Assembly: GCA_034520565.1 (NCBI GenBank)
Contig: JAXHNL010000002.1
Span: 192,001 to 256,000 of the forward strand
Source of the DNA: Halodesulfurarchaeum sp.
GTDB taxonomy: Archaea; Halobacteriota; Halobacteria; Halobacteriales; Halobacteriaceae
Reading direction: 5' to 3'
Length of the DNA: 64,000 nucleotides
Below, in pieces: positions 29,700 through 39,787 of the stretch (position 1 is the stretch's first letter; each line of letters opens with the position of its first letter). The notes below the pieces were generated by a model. The model worked only from the letters and a program-made list of their open reading frames with translations. It was not told where the DNA came from and did no database searches. The position numbers and the translations under genes are program-made.

Positions 29700-30158
29700 A
29701 TGGAGGTCGTCGAGAACACACTTGAAGTACCACTGGACGAGTTTCTTGCCCGGCCGCTGTTCTGTTTTTTTGCACAGGAATCTAATGGCGGCCCCCGGGT
29801 GTCCCCACTCTGGTTCTTGTGGGAGGCAGGGGCCATTTGGAACGTCGCACGGTTGGATGGCCGGTCGTACCCCGAGCGGGTAAAGCAGTATCCGCAAACG
29901 GCACTCGCAGTCGTTGATTTCAACCCCGCTACGGGGCGGGTGGAACACGTCGGAATGCGTGGAAAGGCAACGCTCGAACCGTACGATACGACCCGAGCAG
30001 AACGCCTTTTCCAGAAGTATCTCGGTGACCAACAAAGCGAGTGGCCCGCGATGTTCGTCGAGTTCGATACGGACGATTACCGACTACTCAGATTCGAACC
30101 TGAGACGGTTGTGGCCCGTGATCAATCCTACCCGGCTCCGGCAGACAGTAGTAACTAA
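29700..30158 (+). CDS. Pyridoxamine 5'-phosphate oxidase-like (split-barrel flavin/F420-binding) protein
   Basis: FLARPLFCFFA, PRVSPLWFLW, VGMRG.A; GGAGG upstream. Confidence 0.8.
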   Translation: MEVVENTLEVPLDEFLARPLFCFFAQESNGGPRVSPLWFLWEAGAIWNVARLDGRSYPERVKQYPQTALAVVDFNPATGRVEHVGMRGKATLEPYDTTRAERLFQKYLGDQQSEWPAMFVEFDTDDYRLLRFEPETVVARDQSYPAPADSSN

Positions 30159-30326
30159 AATGGCAATTCACTTGGAAGACCCATCAGAATTCAGGGACGC
30201 ATGTGACCGACACGCGCGTTGTATTCAGCACATTCCTATCAACCTATCTGCTCGCTGTTAGAAAGCCCGTGCAAGATATAGAAAATGATTACAGCAGGAG
30301 TTCGATGGCACGTTCGTCCCACGGTA

Positions 30327-31985
30327 TCAGTTCGCCGTTAGTAGCTCCACCACGAACACACTCCCACCAGGCTCGTTATCCTCGACCCAAACCTGACCCC
30401 CATACTGATTGACTAACGTCTGAACGAGATACAGTCCGATACCGGTCCCGGGGCTATCGAGTCCTTTTTCACCCTTTCCGAAGATCTCGTCCTTTTGTGA
30501 ATCCGGGATTCCAGCCCCGTTATCAGCAATTCGAACCCGGACAACATCATCGCGGACCTCACCACTAACAGTTATTTTCGGTGTTTTCTCGTTATTGTGC
30601 ACAATGGCGTTGTTCAGCAAATTCTGAAAGACCGATGAGAGCATCGCGTTCGCCTGCACCCTGACGTCTGGTACCGTTCCGTCAATTTCAAATTTGGCGT
30701 GGGGATATGTCTCGCGTACCGCTTCCAGTTCCAGATTGATCTGTCGGCGTAGCGCGATTGGTTCGATGTCCACTTTCCCCTCACCAGTTACCGCATCCAC
30801 GAGGTCGCTCGCGTTCTCCGTGAGATTGATCACGTGTTCTGATTTGCGCCGGACGCGTTCGAGAACGTCTTCTACCGGATCATCGAGATCCCCCGGAAGC
30901 GTGTCCATCCACCCGACAATGACTGCCATGTCATTCCGAATGTCATGGCGGACGAGTCGATTCAACGCTTCGAGCTGCTCGGTCATTGTTTCGAGCTCCC
31001 GACGGTAGTGTTCCCGTTCAGTAACGTTAGAGAGGGTAATCACGTGGGCTGTAACCACTTCGCCAGCCAGTATCGGACTCGTGGCCACGTGGTAATACTC
31101 CGTATCGTCTCCATACTTTCTAGTGATTGGGTCCGGATCCTCCGCTTCAAGTCGCTCGGCAAGGGCCGGGAGCACAGCAGCAATCGGGCGACCAGTTGTG
31201 CCGTCGAGTTCGGGAAACAGGGCTATGGCTGGCTGATTTGAATCACGAATCGTTCCGTCCTGGTCGAGAAAAATCGTCGGCCCATCGCTGCCACCGACAA
31301 ATCGAATGGCCTCAAAGCGCTCGAAGTACACGAACAGCGTACCGACAGCAAAAATCGCCACTCCAAGTGGCTCATACCAGATCGGAAGCAGCGACTCTCC
31401 CATTGCACCGAGAATATTAAATACAATTGGGAGGGCTGTGATCCCCACAAGCGCGGCTAACGGCCGAGCACTGGCGCCAGACGAGTAAAACCGTTCAAGC
31501 AACATGAAAAAGCTCACGCCGATGGCGACGTAGGCGAATGCGAGAACAACCCAGTGAAGAATACCCTGCTGAAGGGCAAGGTGGGGGAACGGCTCGGTGG
31601 CCCACTCGGTCGTGAAGTAAAGTTGATGGAGCGGATTTGTGATTTTTAGCAGCACGAGAAAGAGAAATCCACCAATGATAAAACGCCGGTAGGGAGCCTG
31701 ACGGGGCGTTCGACCGGTATAAGCGGCACTAAAGTACAGCCACGCACCAACGCACCCAAGTGCGGCGATCAGTCCGAAGATGTACGATGCGACTTTGAGC
31801 TCTGCCGTCGGAAGGAGAAAGTATCCGAGGTAGCCGCCAGCCCAGAGCCCACACGTGAGCAAAATGGCGACGAACCCTTCGCGTGTCCCGCGATGTTGGA
31901 TCTGCTGCGCTTTCGCGATACTGGCAAAGCAAAGGAGCGCTGAAACAACAAAAACCGACAGATGACCGAGGTAGAGAAAGTTCAT
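30327..31985 (-). CDS. Sensor histidine kinase with N-terminal 7TM (HisKA_7TM-like) and PAS-like domains
   Basis: About 7 TM helices, H-box RHDIRN, N-box NLLNNAIVH, DNGAGIP, GTGIGL; ATG 31985. Confidence 0.9.
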   Translation of the reverse strand: MNFLYLGHLSVFVVSALLCFASIAKAQQIQHRGTREGFVAILLTCGLWAGGYLGYFLLPTAELKVASYIFGLIAALGCVGAWLYFSAAYTGRTPRQAPYRRFIIGGFLFLVLLKITNPLHQLYFTTEWATEPFPHLALQQGILHWVVLAFAYVAIGVSFFMLLERFYSSGASARPLAALVGITALPIVFNILGAMGESLLPIWYEPLGVAIFAVGTLFVYFERFEAIRFVGGSDGPTIFLDQDGTIRDSNQPAIALFPELDGTTGRPIAAVLPALAERLEAEDPDPITRKYGDDTEYYHVATSPILAGEVVTAHVITLSNVTEREHYRRELETMTEQLEALNRLVRHDIRNDMAVIVGWMDTLPGDLDDPVEDVLERVRRKSEHVINLTENASDLVDAVTGEGKVDIEPIALRRQINLELEAVRETYPHAKFEIDGTVPDVRVQANAMLSSVFQNLLNNAIVHNNEKTPKITVSGEVRDDVVRVRIADNGAGIPDSQKDEIFGKGEKGLDSPGTGIGLYLVQTLVNQYGGQVWVEDNEPGGSVFVVELLTAN

Positions 31986-32884
31986 TGGAGGATTTTGAAG
32001 ACCAAACCGGTTATACTTACCCCTAACCCAATAATCAGGAGATTGTGAAATCGGGAGGATCGGTGCTGCATACGCGCTGTATTCGGCACGTGGCCGTCGA
32101 ATTGTCATCTTTCAAGAATCAATGTGAGGTAGGAGTAATCTATCTTCGAATTTGAAAACCTCACACAATTTCCAATCGGCCCACTTCCGCCCTCTTTTCA
32201 GATATGACAGGTTAGCAGAGTTCGTATTCGAAAATGCTGACAATTCCATTGACCGTGATGATCACTTCTTGCGACGCAGGATCGAATAGCCTGAGTCAAA
32301 AGGCTGACTAAATTATCGTATTTGACCCCACGACGCCGAGAGGCAGGCACCACATCACCCGTCCAATACCCTTTCGGGCTTGAAAACCAAGCATACAACC
32401 ACTGTCGCATTCCACGATAATCCATAGCCACAAAGATCGCCACCCTATGAGAATCAGCAACCCAATTGAACCCCGTTCATGGTTACTTTATTCCTCCAAC
32501 ATTTTCGGCTACTCGGAGAGTTGACCCGCCAACATTTTTGAGAGTGACAATATCAGCGGCATGACGCCTGTTTCTGCAAATTTTGATGGGCAAATTGGGG
32601 ATTTTTAATTCGCTCAGGTAATATTTTAGTCAATATTGGAGCCGTAATCAGCAAGCTCAAAAACTGGTTCCGGCGCAGTCGGGCGATTATCCCCGAACGT
32701 AAGCAGCTTATCCCGGTAGTCGTACACCGGGAAAATTTCGTCGGATCGTGGCTAAAATCAAACGAATCGTTACCGTAGAGACACACGGTTACGTTGCAAT
32801 TTTACAATATTTGCACTGAATGGCAGGAAAGATACGGACGACAGCAAGACTGCTATCCCCACTACGGCATCGAGTACATTCCCC

Positions 32885-34126
32885 TTACCACTGAGAGAGG
32901 GCACCTCGGCCGTGGTCCCACAACAACACCCCGACGAACGTTGCGACGCCCGATAGCGCCGCGAACCCGCCGACGAAAAACACCCACTGGACGCCAGCAG
33001 TTCCCATCAGCCACCCGCCCAGCAGTGGCGCGAGAATGCTGCCGGGTTTCCAGATGAGCGAGCGGACGCCAAAACTGCTAGCGATGCCCTGGCCCTTACC
33101 CACGTCGGCGAACAGCGCCATACTGGCCGGTTCGCGGAAGGCGTCGGCAACGCCAAGTAAACCGTTGAGAAAGATCGCCGCCACGACTGTCCCCGTGATC
33201 TCTCCCATCAAGGGAACTGACACGGAAAGCAACTCTTCGAAGGCTGGAATGAACGGGAACGCTATCGCGAGCAATCCGTAGGCTCCGCCGCCGGTGAAGA
33301 CGAACAAAGCGCGTCCCTGGACGTCCGAGAGTCGGCCGGTGTAGGGCTGGACGAGCATGTTCATGAACTTCTCGGCGCCAATAACCGCCCCGACCACGAT
33401 CGAGCCATACGCGAGACCCCCCTTCGCTGCGGAGACCCCGATGAAGATGGGGACCCAATTGCGCACGAGCGTCAGGGCCACGGCGTATTGCAACCGAAAC
33501 GTCGATATGGTCAAAATCCGACGGTTCAACGCCAGCTTTGTGAACGCGAAACCCTCGAAGGAGGCCTCGTCGTCATCGACGAACTGCCAGACGCCGACGG
33601 CGGCAAATACGAACAATATTGCCAAGAGACCGAAGACGATGTCGAACCCGGTCAGCGAAAAGAGGATGCCGGCACCGAGCGTGCCGGCGATGCCAGCGGC
33701 CATTCGGAAGGAGTTGAAATACCCGATGGCGTTGGCCCGGCGGTCGACGGGCGCCAAGTCGCCGACGAGGGCAAGACTCAACAGCGCGGTCCCGGCGAGT
33801 CCGAATCCCTGCAACGTTCGGGCAGTAAGAAACCCGTTGACGGACGAGATCGAGGCGAAGGCGAGGTACGCGAGGGCGCTCACGCCCAGTGCCCCCAGGA
33901 GGATTTTCCGCTTGCTGTACCGGTCGCCAGCCCAGGCAATCGGGACGATCCCGACCGTCCGCGCGATTTCCAGAGCGCTCACGAACAGTCCGATCGTAAT
34001 CCCCGTGGCGCCCAGCGTGTCGATGTAGTCCGGGAGCAGCGTCAGGACCGTCATGAAACCGAAACTCGACGTAAACCCGGTCAGGTACAAAGAAGAGAAT
34101 TGTAACTGGTCCCGAGAAACATTCAT
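32885..34126 (-). CDS. MFS transporter
   Basis: About 12 hydrophobic segments; GDRYSKR and GRLSDVQGR loop motifs; ATG 34126. Confidence 0.88.
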   Translation of the reverse strand: MNVSRDQLQFSSLYLTGFTSSFGFMTVLTLLPDYIDTLGATGITIGLFVSALEIARTVGIVPIAWAGDRYSKRKILLGALGVSALAYLAFASISSVNGFLTARTLQGFGLAGTALLSLALVGDLAPVDRRANAIGYFNSFRMAAGIAGTLGAGILFSLTGFDIVFGLLAILFVFAAVGVWQFVDDDEASFEGFAFTKLALNRRILTISTFRLQYAVALTLVRNWVPIFIGVSAAKGGLAYGSIVVGAVIGAEKFMNMLVQPYTGRLSDVQGRALFVFTGGGAYGLLAIAFPFIPAFEELLSVSVPLMGEITGTVVAAIFLNGLLGVADAFREPASMALFADVGKGQGIASSFGVRSLIWKPGSILAPLLGGWLMGTAGVQWVFFVGGFAALSGVATFVGVLLWDHGRGALSQW

Positions 34127-34356
34127 ATCAGGTTCGGATGAGAATCTCCGGAATAAATCGATTGCGGTCCGGAAAAGCACCTCGCTGGAAGGGTGGGCGC
34201 AATCCTGGCATTTCAGTGTGACCGGTATCGTTCCGTAGAGATGGTGGGAGGACACGAGACCACGGCAAAGATAGTTGCGTTTCTTTCTGGACTGATTCGT
34301 CAAATTACTCTCTCCAAAATGACGAGGGAGGCAGCACGATACATTCGAAATGAAAA

Positions 34357-34443
34357 CTACTCCCTGGAGCGAGCGGGGAGGTGCTTGGGTACGATCCGCA
34401 GGACAACTCCGCGGAGTACACCTTCGACGGAAAGTCACGTTAA
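34357..34443 (+). pseudogene. Displaced/duplicated 3' fragment of azf (direct repeat copy 2)
   Basis: With one C restored it reads YSLERAREVLGYDPQDNSAEYTFDGKSR*, versus azf YSLERAREVLGYEPRDNSGEYTLSGEPKDGDDL*. Confidence 0.8.
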
Positions 34444-34512
34444 CCATGATTGGTTTCGTTACATCGGTTTCGATACCATTAATATGAACCTGCGCGAATC
34501 TTCACCCTGTCC

Positions 34513-35649
34513 ATGGGAAGAGACCGATCCGGTCCTGGGAGTTTCCCGTCGAGAAGAAGGCTCCTCCAGGCGATGGGTGGGCTCGGAATCGCCGCGTTGG
34601 CGGGGTGTTCGGGAACGAATGCCGTCGGATCGAATCCCTCGACGTCGGCGACGGGAACGACGAACGGAAACACCGTCACTGACGCCACGAGCCGAACGGT
34701 CACGCTTCCGTCCTCGATCGACGATATCGTCGCGGTCGGGCCGGGCGCTCTCAACCTGGTCGCGTATCTCGACGCGATCGAGATGGTCGCAGGCGTCGAG
34801 GAAAACGAGCACTCCTGGGGGCAGTACAACCCCTACAACCTCGCAAATCCCGAACTCCAGGAGTTGCCAGTCATCGGCCCCCACAAAGGAGGCGACGCCG
34901 AACTCATCGCCAGCGCCGAGCCCGACGTCGTGCTGGCGACGTACTTCACGGCCGGAACCGCCTCGGATCTCCAGGAGAAGATCGACGCGCCGGTCGTCGT
35001 TCTCAAGGCCTCGAGTCGGCCGCTGCACCGGTTGGAGGGGATGTACGAGGACCTGCGATTCGCCGCGGAGATCATCGGTAAACCCGACCGGGCCGAAACC
35101 GTCGTCGAGTACTTCGAGGACGAACGCGACGACCTCGCGGAGCGAACGGCAGACGTCCCCAAAGACGACCGATTGGGGGCGTATTACGCCGGCCGGAGCG
35201 ACTCCGGTGGCGCCGGGGCGACCTCGACGCAACATCCGCTGGCGTCATTCTCCTTCGTGAACGCGAACAACGTGGCCGACTCGATCGAGGGGCATGCCGA
35301 CGTCTCCAAGGAGGAGCTGGTGACCTGGGATCCGGCCGCGATCTTCGTCGCCGAGTCGAACCTCGACCAGGTCACGGAGTCGCTCTCTGGGGAAACGTAC
35401 GAGGGCATCCGTGCCATCGAAAACGATCGGGTCTACGGACTGCTGCCGACGCGGTTCTACGGGAACCTCTACGGAAGCACGATAGCCAACGCCTATTACG
35501 TCGGCTCGATCCTGTACCCTGACCGGTTCGATGACGTGACGCCCAGAGAGAGGGCCGGCGAGATCTACGAGTTCTTGGTAGGTTCCGAGGTGTACGGGGC
35601 CCTCGCCGAACAATATGGAGGATTCAAAAAGATCGACCTCGCGCAATGA
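34513..35649 (+). CDS. Iron-siderophore/cobalamin-type ABC substrate-binding Tat lipoprotein
   Basis: SRRRLL Tat motif, lipobox LAGC, VTDATSRTV, PDVVL, WDPAAIF. Confidence 0.87.
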   Translation: MGRDRSGPGSFPSRRRLLQAMGGLGIAALAGCSGTNAVGSNPSTSATGTTNGNTVTDATSRTVTLPSSIDDIVAVGPGALNLVAYLDAIEMVAGVEENEHSWGQYNPYNLANPELQELPVIGPHKGGDAELIASAEPDVVLATYFTAGTASDLQEKIDAPVVVLKASSRPLHRLEGMYEDLRFAAEIIGKPDRAETVVEYFEDERDDLAERTADVPKDDRLGAYYAGRSDSGGAGATSTQHPLASFSFVNANNVADSIEGHADVSKEELVTWDPAAIFVAESNLDQVTESLSGETYEGIRAIENDRVYGLLPTRFYGNLYGSTIANAYYVGSILYPDRFDDVTPRERAGEIYEFLVGSEVYGALAEQYGGFKKIDLAQ

Positions 35650-36737
35650 GCCAACCCACCGCCGGCGGAACTGATCTGGCCCGGGGCTACCGGCAGTACG
35701 TTCTCACGCGTCGAAACGGACTCGTCGCGTCGACGGTGGTCCTCGTTCTGGTGGCCGTTTTCTCGGTTGCGGTCGGTGCGACGACGATTCCGATCGAGCG
35801 GGTAGTGGAAGTGCTTCTCCAGGGCGCTGGCGGGGATTCGGTCGCCTCGACGATCATCTGGCAAATCCGTCTTCCCCGGGTGTTGACCGCGATCGCGATC
35901 GGCGCGGGACTCTCGCTGGCCGGTGTCGTCATGCAGAGCGTCCTCAACAACCCCCTCGGATCGCCGTTCACGCTGGGAATCTCCCACGGCGCAATGTTCG
36001 GCGCCGCGATCGCGATCGTCGTGTTCGGGGCCGGATCGATCACCCTCGGCGCCAGCGCCGAAATCACGTTTTCGAACCCGTATATCGTCACGATCGCCGC
36101 GTTCCTGGCGTCTCTGTCCTCGGCGGGAGCGATTCTCGCGCTGGCGAAATATCGCGGGGCCTCACCGGAGACGATGATCCTCACCGGAATCGCGCTGAGT
36201 TCGTTGTTCACCGCGGGAACGACGGCGTTGCAGTACTTCGCCTCCCAGAACGAGCTGGCCTCGATCGTGTTCTGGTCGTTCGGGGACGTCGGCCGGGCGA
36301 GTTGGAGTAACTTCTGGCTGCTGCTGGTCGTTCTGGCAGCGAGTATCGGCTACTTCCTGCGCGAGAGCTGGAAGTACAACGCTCTCGATGCCGGATCCGA
36401 GGCGGCCAAAGGGGTTGGCGTGAACGTCGAGACGGTGCGGAATCGGGGGATGCTGGTGGCGTCGTTTATCACGGCCCTGGGTGTTTCCTTCGTCGGCATC
36501 ATCGGGTTCGTCGGACTGGTCGTCCCTCACATCGTGCGAAAGTTGATCGGGAACAACAAGGCCTTCCTCCTGCCGACATCGGCGGTTCTGGGCGCGCTCC
36601 TGTTGCTGATCTCGGATACCGCCGCCCGGACCGCATTCGCTCCGACGGTGCTGCCGGTCGGCATCGTCACGTCCTTCGTGGGTGCACCGTTTTTCATCTA
36701 CCTGGTCGTCCGCGGGAAAGAATACTGGAACCAATGA
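35646..36737 (+). CDS. FecCD/BtuC-family ABC permease
   Basis: IRLPRV, MQSVLNNPLGSPFTLG, GIIGFVGLVVPH, PVGIVTSFVGAPFF. Confidence 0.92.
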   Translation: MSQPTAGGTDLARGYRQYVLTRRNGLVASTVVLVLVAVFSVAVGATTIPIERVVEVLLQGAGGDSVASTIIWQIRLPRVLTAIAIGAGLSLAGVVMQSVLNNPLGSPFTLGISHGAMFGAAIAIVVFGAGSITLGASAEITFSNPYIVTIAAFLASLSSAGAILALAKYRGASPETMILTGIALSSLFTAGTTALQYFASQNELASIVFWSFGDVGRASWSNFWLLLVVLAASIGYFLRESWKYNALDAGSEAAKGVGVNVETVRNRGMLVASFITALGVSFVGIIGFVGLVVPHIVRKLIGNNKAFLLPTSAVLGALLLLISDTAARTAFAPTVLPVGIVTSFVGAPFFIYLVVRGKEYWNQ

Positions 36738-37597
36738 CACTCCACGTCGACGACGCGACCTTCGGGTACGACGGCTCGGCGGTGCTCGAAGACGTCTCGC
36801 TCGCCGTCGAACGAGGGGAACTCGTGGCACTCCTCGGGCCGAACGGCTCCGGGAAGTCCACCCTTCTCAAGGTAATCGACCAGATACACGGAACAAGCGC
36901 CGGGACCGTTCGGGTGGACGGCGAGGACCTCGACGCCCTTTCACGCGAAGAGATAGCCCGCCGGATCGGCTATCTCCCCCAATCCCAGTCCGCCGTCCCG
37001 TCCGCGACGGTCTTCGATACGGTCCTTTTGGGACGTCAGCCGTACTTCGACTGGCGTCCCGGCGAGTCGGATCGGGTCGCCGTCGAACGGATCCTCGAGG
37101 AGCTCGCGATCGACGACCTCGCGATGCGGGAAGTTCCCACGTTGAGTGGCGGTCAACAACGGCTCGTCCTGTTGGCGCGGGCGCTCGTCCAGGCCCAGGA
37201 CGCGTTACTGCTCGACGAGCCGACCAGCGGGCTCGATCTGAAACACCAGCACGAGGTCATGCGTCGAGTGCGAAACGCCGTTCGTCACTCGAACCTGGCC
37301 GGGGTCGTCGCCATTCACGACATCGACCTCGCGACCCGGTTTTGCGATCGCTTCGCGTTCCTCCGGGGTGGCGAACTGATAGCAGTCGGCGGCGAGGACG
37401 TGCTGACCGAGAACGTCGTCGAACGCGTGTACGACGTCCCCGTCGAGGTCTTCGAGCGGAACGGCCGGACACACGTGGTGCAGAAAGATCCAGGCGAACG
37501 GACGGTAGAAATGTCCGCCACTGGCGGCCACAACCCCGCTTCAGATGAGGTGACCGCCATCGCGGACGGCAACGGGAGGAACAGTCGGACGGACTAA
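36734..37597 (+). CDS. FecE/BtuD-family ABC ATP-binding protein
   Basis: GPNGSGKST, LSGGQQR, LLDEPT, IHD. Confidence 0.92.
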   Translation: MTLHVDDATFGYDGSAVLEDVSLAVERGELVALLGPNGSGKSTLLKVIDQIHGTSAGTVRVDGEDLDALSREEIARRIGYLPQSQSAVPSATVFDTVLLGRQPYFDWRPGESDRVAVERILEELAIDDLAMREVPTLSGGQQRLVLLARALVQAQDALLLDEPTSGLDLKHQHEVMRRVRNAVRHSNLAGVVAIHDIDLATRFCDRFAFLRGGELIAVGGEDVLTENVVERVYDVPVEVFERNGRTHVVQKDPGERTVEMSATGGHNPASDEVTAIADGNGRNSRTD

Positions 37598-38112
37598 CGT
37601 CCCCACGTTCCGACCAGCAGATCGAGTATCCGATCCGGGAGTTCCTCCCGATTCGATTCGGTGACTTCGAGCCGTTCCAAAGGAGCATCGTCCGGAAACG
37701 CTCCGGCGACGAACGGGACGACTCCGTTCCGAACGGAGAAGAGCGTGCCGCGGTACGCAGTCGGATCCAAGTCCGAAAGAAGGGGAGCAAATCCCTCTCC
37801 TCGACGTTCCAGTTTGCCGATTTCGTCGATCACTAACACGTCCCCCTCCGCCCGGCTCGCAGCCAGGCCCGTCTCGATCGCGCCGGGGTTTACCGAATAC
37901 CGGCCGATCGTCACGCCGCCCGGAAATTCACGCGACTGCGAGCCGAATACCAGCGGCTCGCCCGGCCCGATCGGGACGAGTTCGAGGGTGTCCGGACCCC
38001 CGTCAGTGTAGAAGCCAACCGGCCGTAGCCCTCGCTCGCGGAGCCCCGAGACGACCCGTTTGACCAGGGTGGTCTTTCCGACGTTCCGATCGCCGGTCAC
38101 GACGAAATTCAT
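37594..38112 (-). CDS. NTPase_1 (THEP1-like) nucleoside triphosphatase
   Basis: VTGDRNVGKTT, GFYT, IGRY.V, VIDEIGKLE. Confidence 0.85.
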   Translation of the reverse strand: MNFVVTGDRNVGKTTLVKRVVSGLRERGLRPVGFYTDGGPDTLELVPIGPGEPLVFGSQSREFPGGVTIGRYSVNPGAIETGLAASRAEGDVLVIDEIGKLERRGEGFAPLLSDLDPTAYRGTLFSVRNGVVPFVAGAFPDDAPLERLEVTESNREELPDRILDLLVGTWGR

Positions 38113-38220
38113 CGCTGTCGACTGTCCAAATCGGGCCGAACGGTAAAAGGACAGGGGTGCACAGGGCCGAGAAACAGTCCGCTAACCCGCCTCAGTTCGA
38201 AAGTAAACCAACTCCCCGAC

Positions 38221-39624
38221 TTAGGAGAGAAAGACGTGTTTCGGCCGGTCGGCAAGCATCTCTCGACCCGCCGACACGGTCTCCCGGAACTCTTCCGACT
38301 CGAAAAAGCCCATCGCGTCCTCGCGGGAGTCCCACTGGCTGGCGATGAACATGTCGTTCTCGTTCGCGACGTTCACGAGCAGGTCCGTCTCGCGATGCCC
38401 GTCGAGGTCCGCAAGTGCCTGGGCGACGCCGTCGAACGTCTCGACGAATTCCTGGCGATGCTCGGGCTGAACGGTGTAGAACATGCCCATCGTGCCCCAG
38501 CCGTCGGGGGCGTCGCCTGGTTGGCCGACCGTGTCCGGAAGGTCGGCGAGAAAGCCGCTGGCCGTCTCGGCCGCCGACCGGGTGTCCCAGATACTCACGA
38601 CGGCGTTGGGTCCCTCGCCGCGGGAGCGGTACACCGCCGTCGAGACGTGGGTGTCGTAGTGCTCGAAGTTCGAGCGCATCCCGTCGATCGTGTCGGTGAG
38701 CGTCTCGACGGCCGCCTTTGAGTAGAGCGCGACCGCGTGAACGTCCTCGCCGTGGGGCTGGCCGGCGTAAACGTTCTCCGCCTCGAGAGCTCCCCTGACT
38801 GCACTGCCGTCCGATTCAGCCTCCGCGGCCTCGCCAACGTTCTCCTCGCTTCCCTCGACCGGGACCTCCTCCCCGGCCATGAACGCCCCGAGATCGGACG
38901 GCGGGAACCGTCGGCCCACGAAGAAGGGGCCGAACTCGCCGTATTTGGCCGTCGCCTCGTCGAAGCGCATCTCGTAGACGATCTGCTTGAGCGCTTTCGC
39001 GTCTTCGCTGAAGAGGGTGACCCCCCATTCCCAGTCGTCGAGCCCGAACCCGGAGGTGATGTACTGGACGATCTGTCCCGCATACCCCTTCCCGGTCTCA
39101 CCGTGTTCGGCCATCATTTCGGCTCGCTCGTCCATCGGGGTGTCATACCAGTTGTACTCGGGGTCGCGGCGCTTTCCCATCGGGTAGAAGGAGACGTAGC
39201 CCTCCTCCGGAATCGAGGGATAGAGCTTGGATTCCATGTACCGGGCGAGTCCGGGATCGACCTCGCTCTCCTCGTCGAAGTACTCCTGGGAGGTATAGCC
39301 CCCGACCTCCGTCACCGAGACGAACGAGCGAGTTGATTCGGCAAACCGGCCAAATGGGGTCAGGTCCAACTGGCGCTCGGCCCGCTCGACCGCGTCGAGG
39401 CTCGGACGCAGGTGGATGACGAGGAGGTCGGCTTCGTGGCCGGCAATGGTGAAGACGGCCGTCTCGCCGTCCATCCCCTCGCCGGTCGTCTCGAGGTACT
39501 CGACCGCACTCTCGACGGCCGACTCCCGTTCTGCCTCGGGGGTCTCCTGCCAGGCGGGCCAGTCGATTCGCCTGAAGTCATGGAGCACGAACCAGCCCTC
39601 ATCGGTGGGTGGTGGGTCAGCCAT
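38221..39624 (-). CDS. pitA: Chlorite dismutase/coproheme decarboxylase-like heme protein fused to an antibiotic-biosynthesis-monooxygenase domain
   Basis: EGWFVLHD, FYPMGKRR..NWY, MAEHG, GLDDWEWGVTL, VYEMRFDE; C-terminal MGMFYTV...MFIASQW. Confidence 0.85.
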   Translation of the reverse strand: MADPPPTDEGWFVLHDFRRIDWPAWQETPEAERESAVESAVEYLETTGEGMDGETAVFTIAGHEADLLVIHLRPSLDAVERAERQLDLTPFGRFAESTRSFVSVTEVGGYTSQEYFDEESEVDPGLARYMESKLYPSIPEEGYVSFYPMGKRRDPEYNWYDTPMDERAEMMAEHGETGKGYAGQIVQYITSGFGLDDWEWGVTLFSEDAKALKQIVYEMRFDEATAKYGEFGPFFVGRRFPPSDLGAFMAGEEVPVEGSEENVGEAAEAESDGSAVRGALEAENVYAGQPHGEDVHAVALYSKAAVETLTDTIDGMRSNFEHYDTHVSTAVYRSRGEGPNAVVSIWDTRSAAETASGFLADLPDTVGQPGDAPDGWGTMGMFYTVQPEHRQEFVETFDGVAQALADLDGHRETDLLVNVANENDMFIASQWDSREDAMGFFESEEFRETVSAGREMLADRPKHVFLS

Positions 39625-39787
39625 TGACGATCCTTTTCGGGCCGGATAGAAGAACGTTCGCAGTGCGGCAGTCCCGACTGGGACTGGCGGCGGGTGGACT
39701 CCCCGTATCTATCACGATCGATGGGGCAGCCAGCAAACGTTCGCTGAACCGAAAGGGCCTACTTGCCGACTGCGCGATGGGGAGGTA

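Larger units (their letters stand above)
29340..34356. mobile_element. Putative integrated genomic island / remnant, no integrase visible
   Basis: Bounded by the azf 3'-end duplication; visibly AT-richer with long non-coding tracts; accessory cargo genes. Confidence 0.6.
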
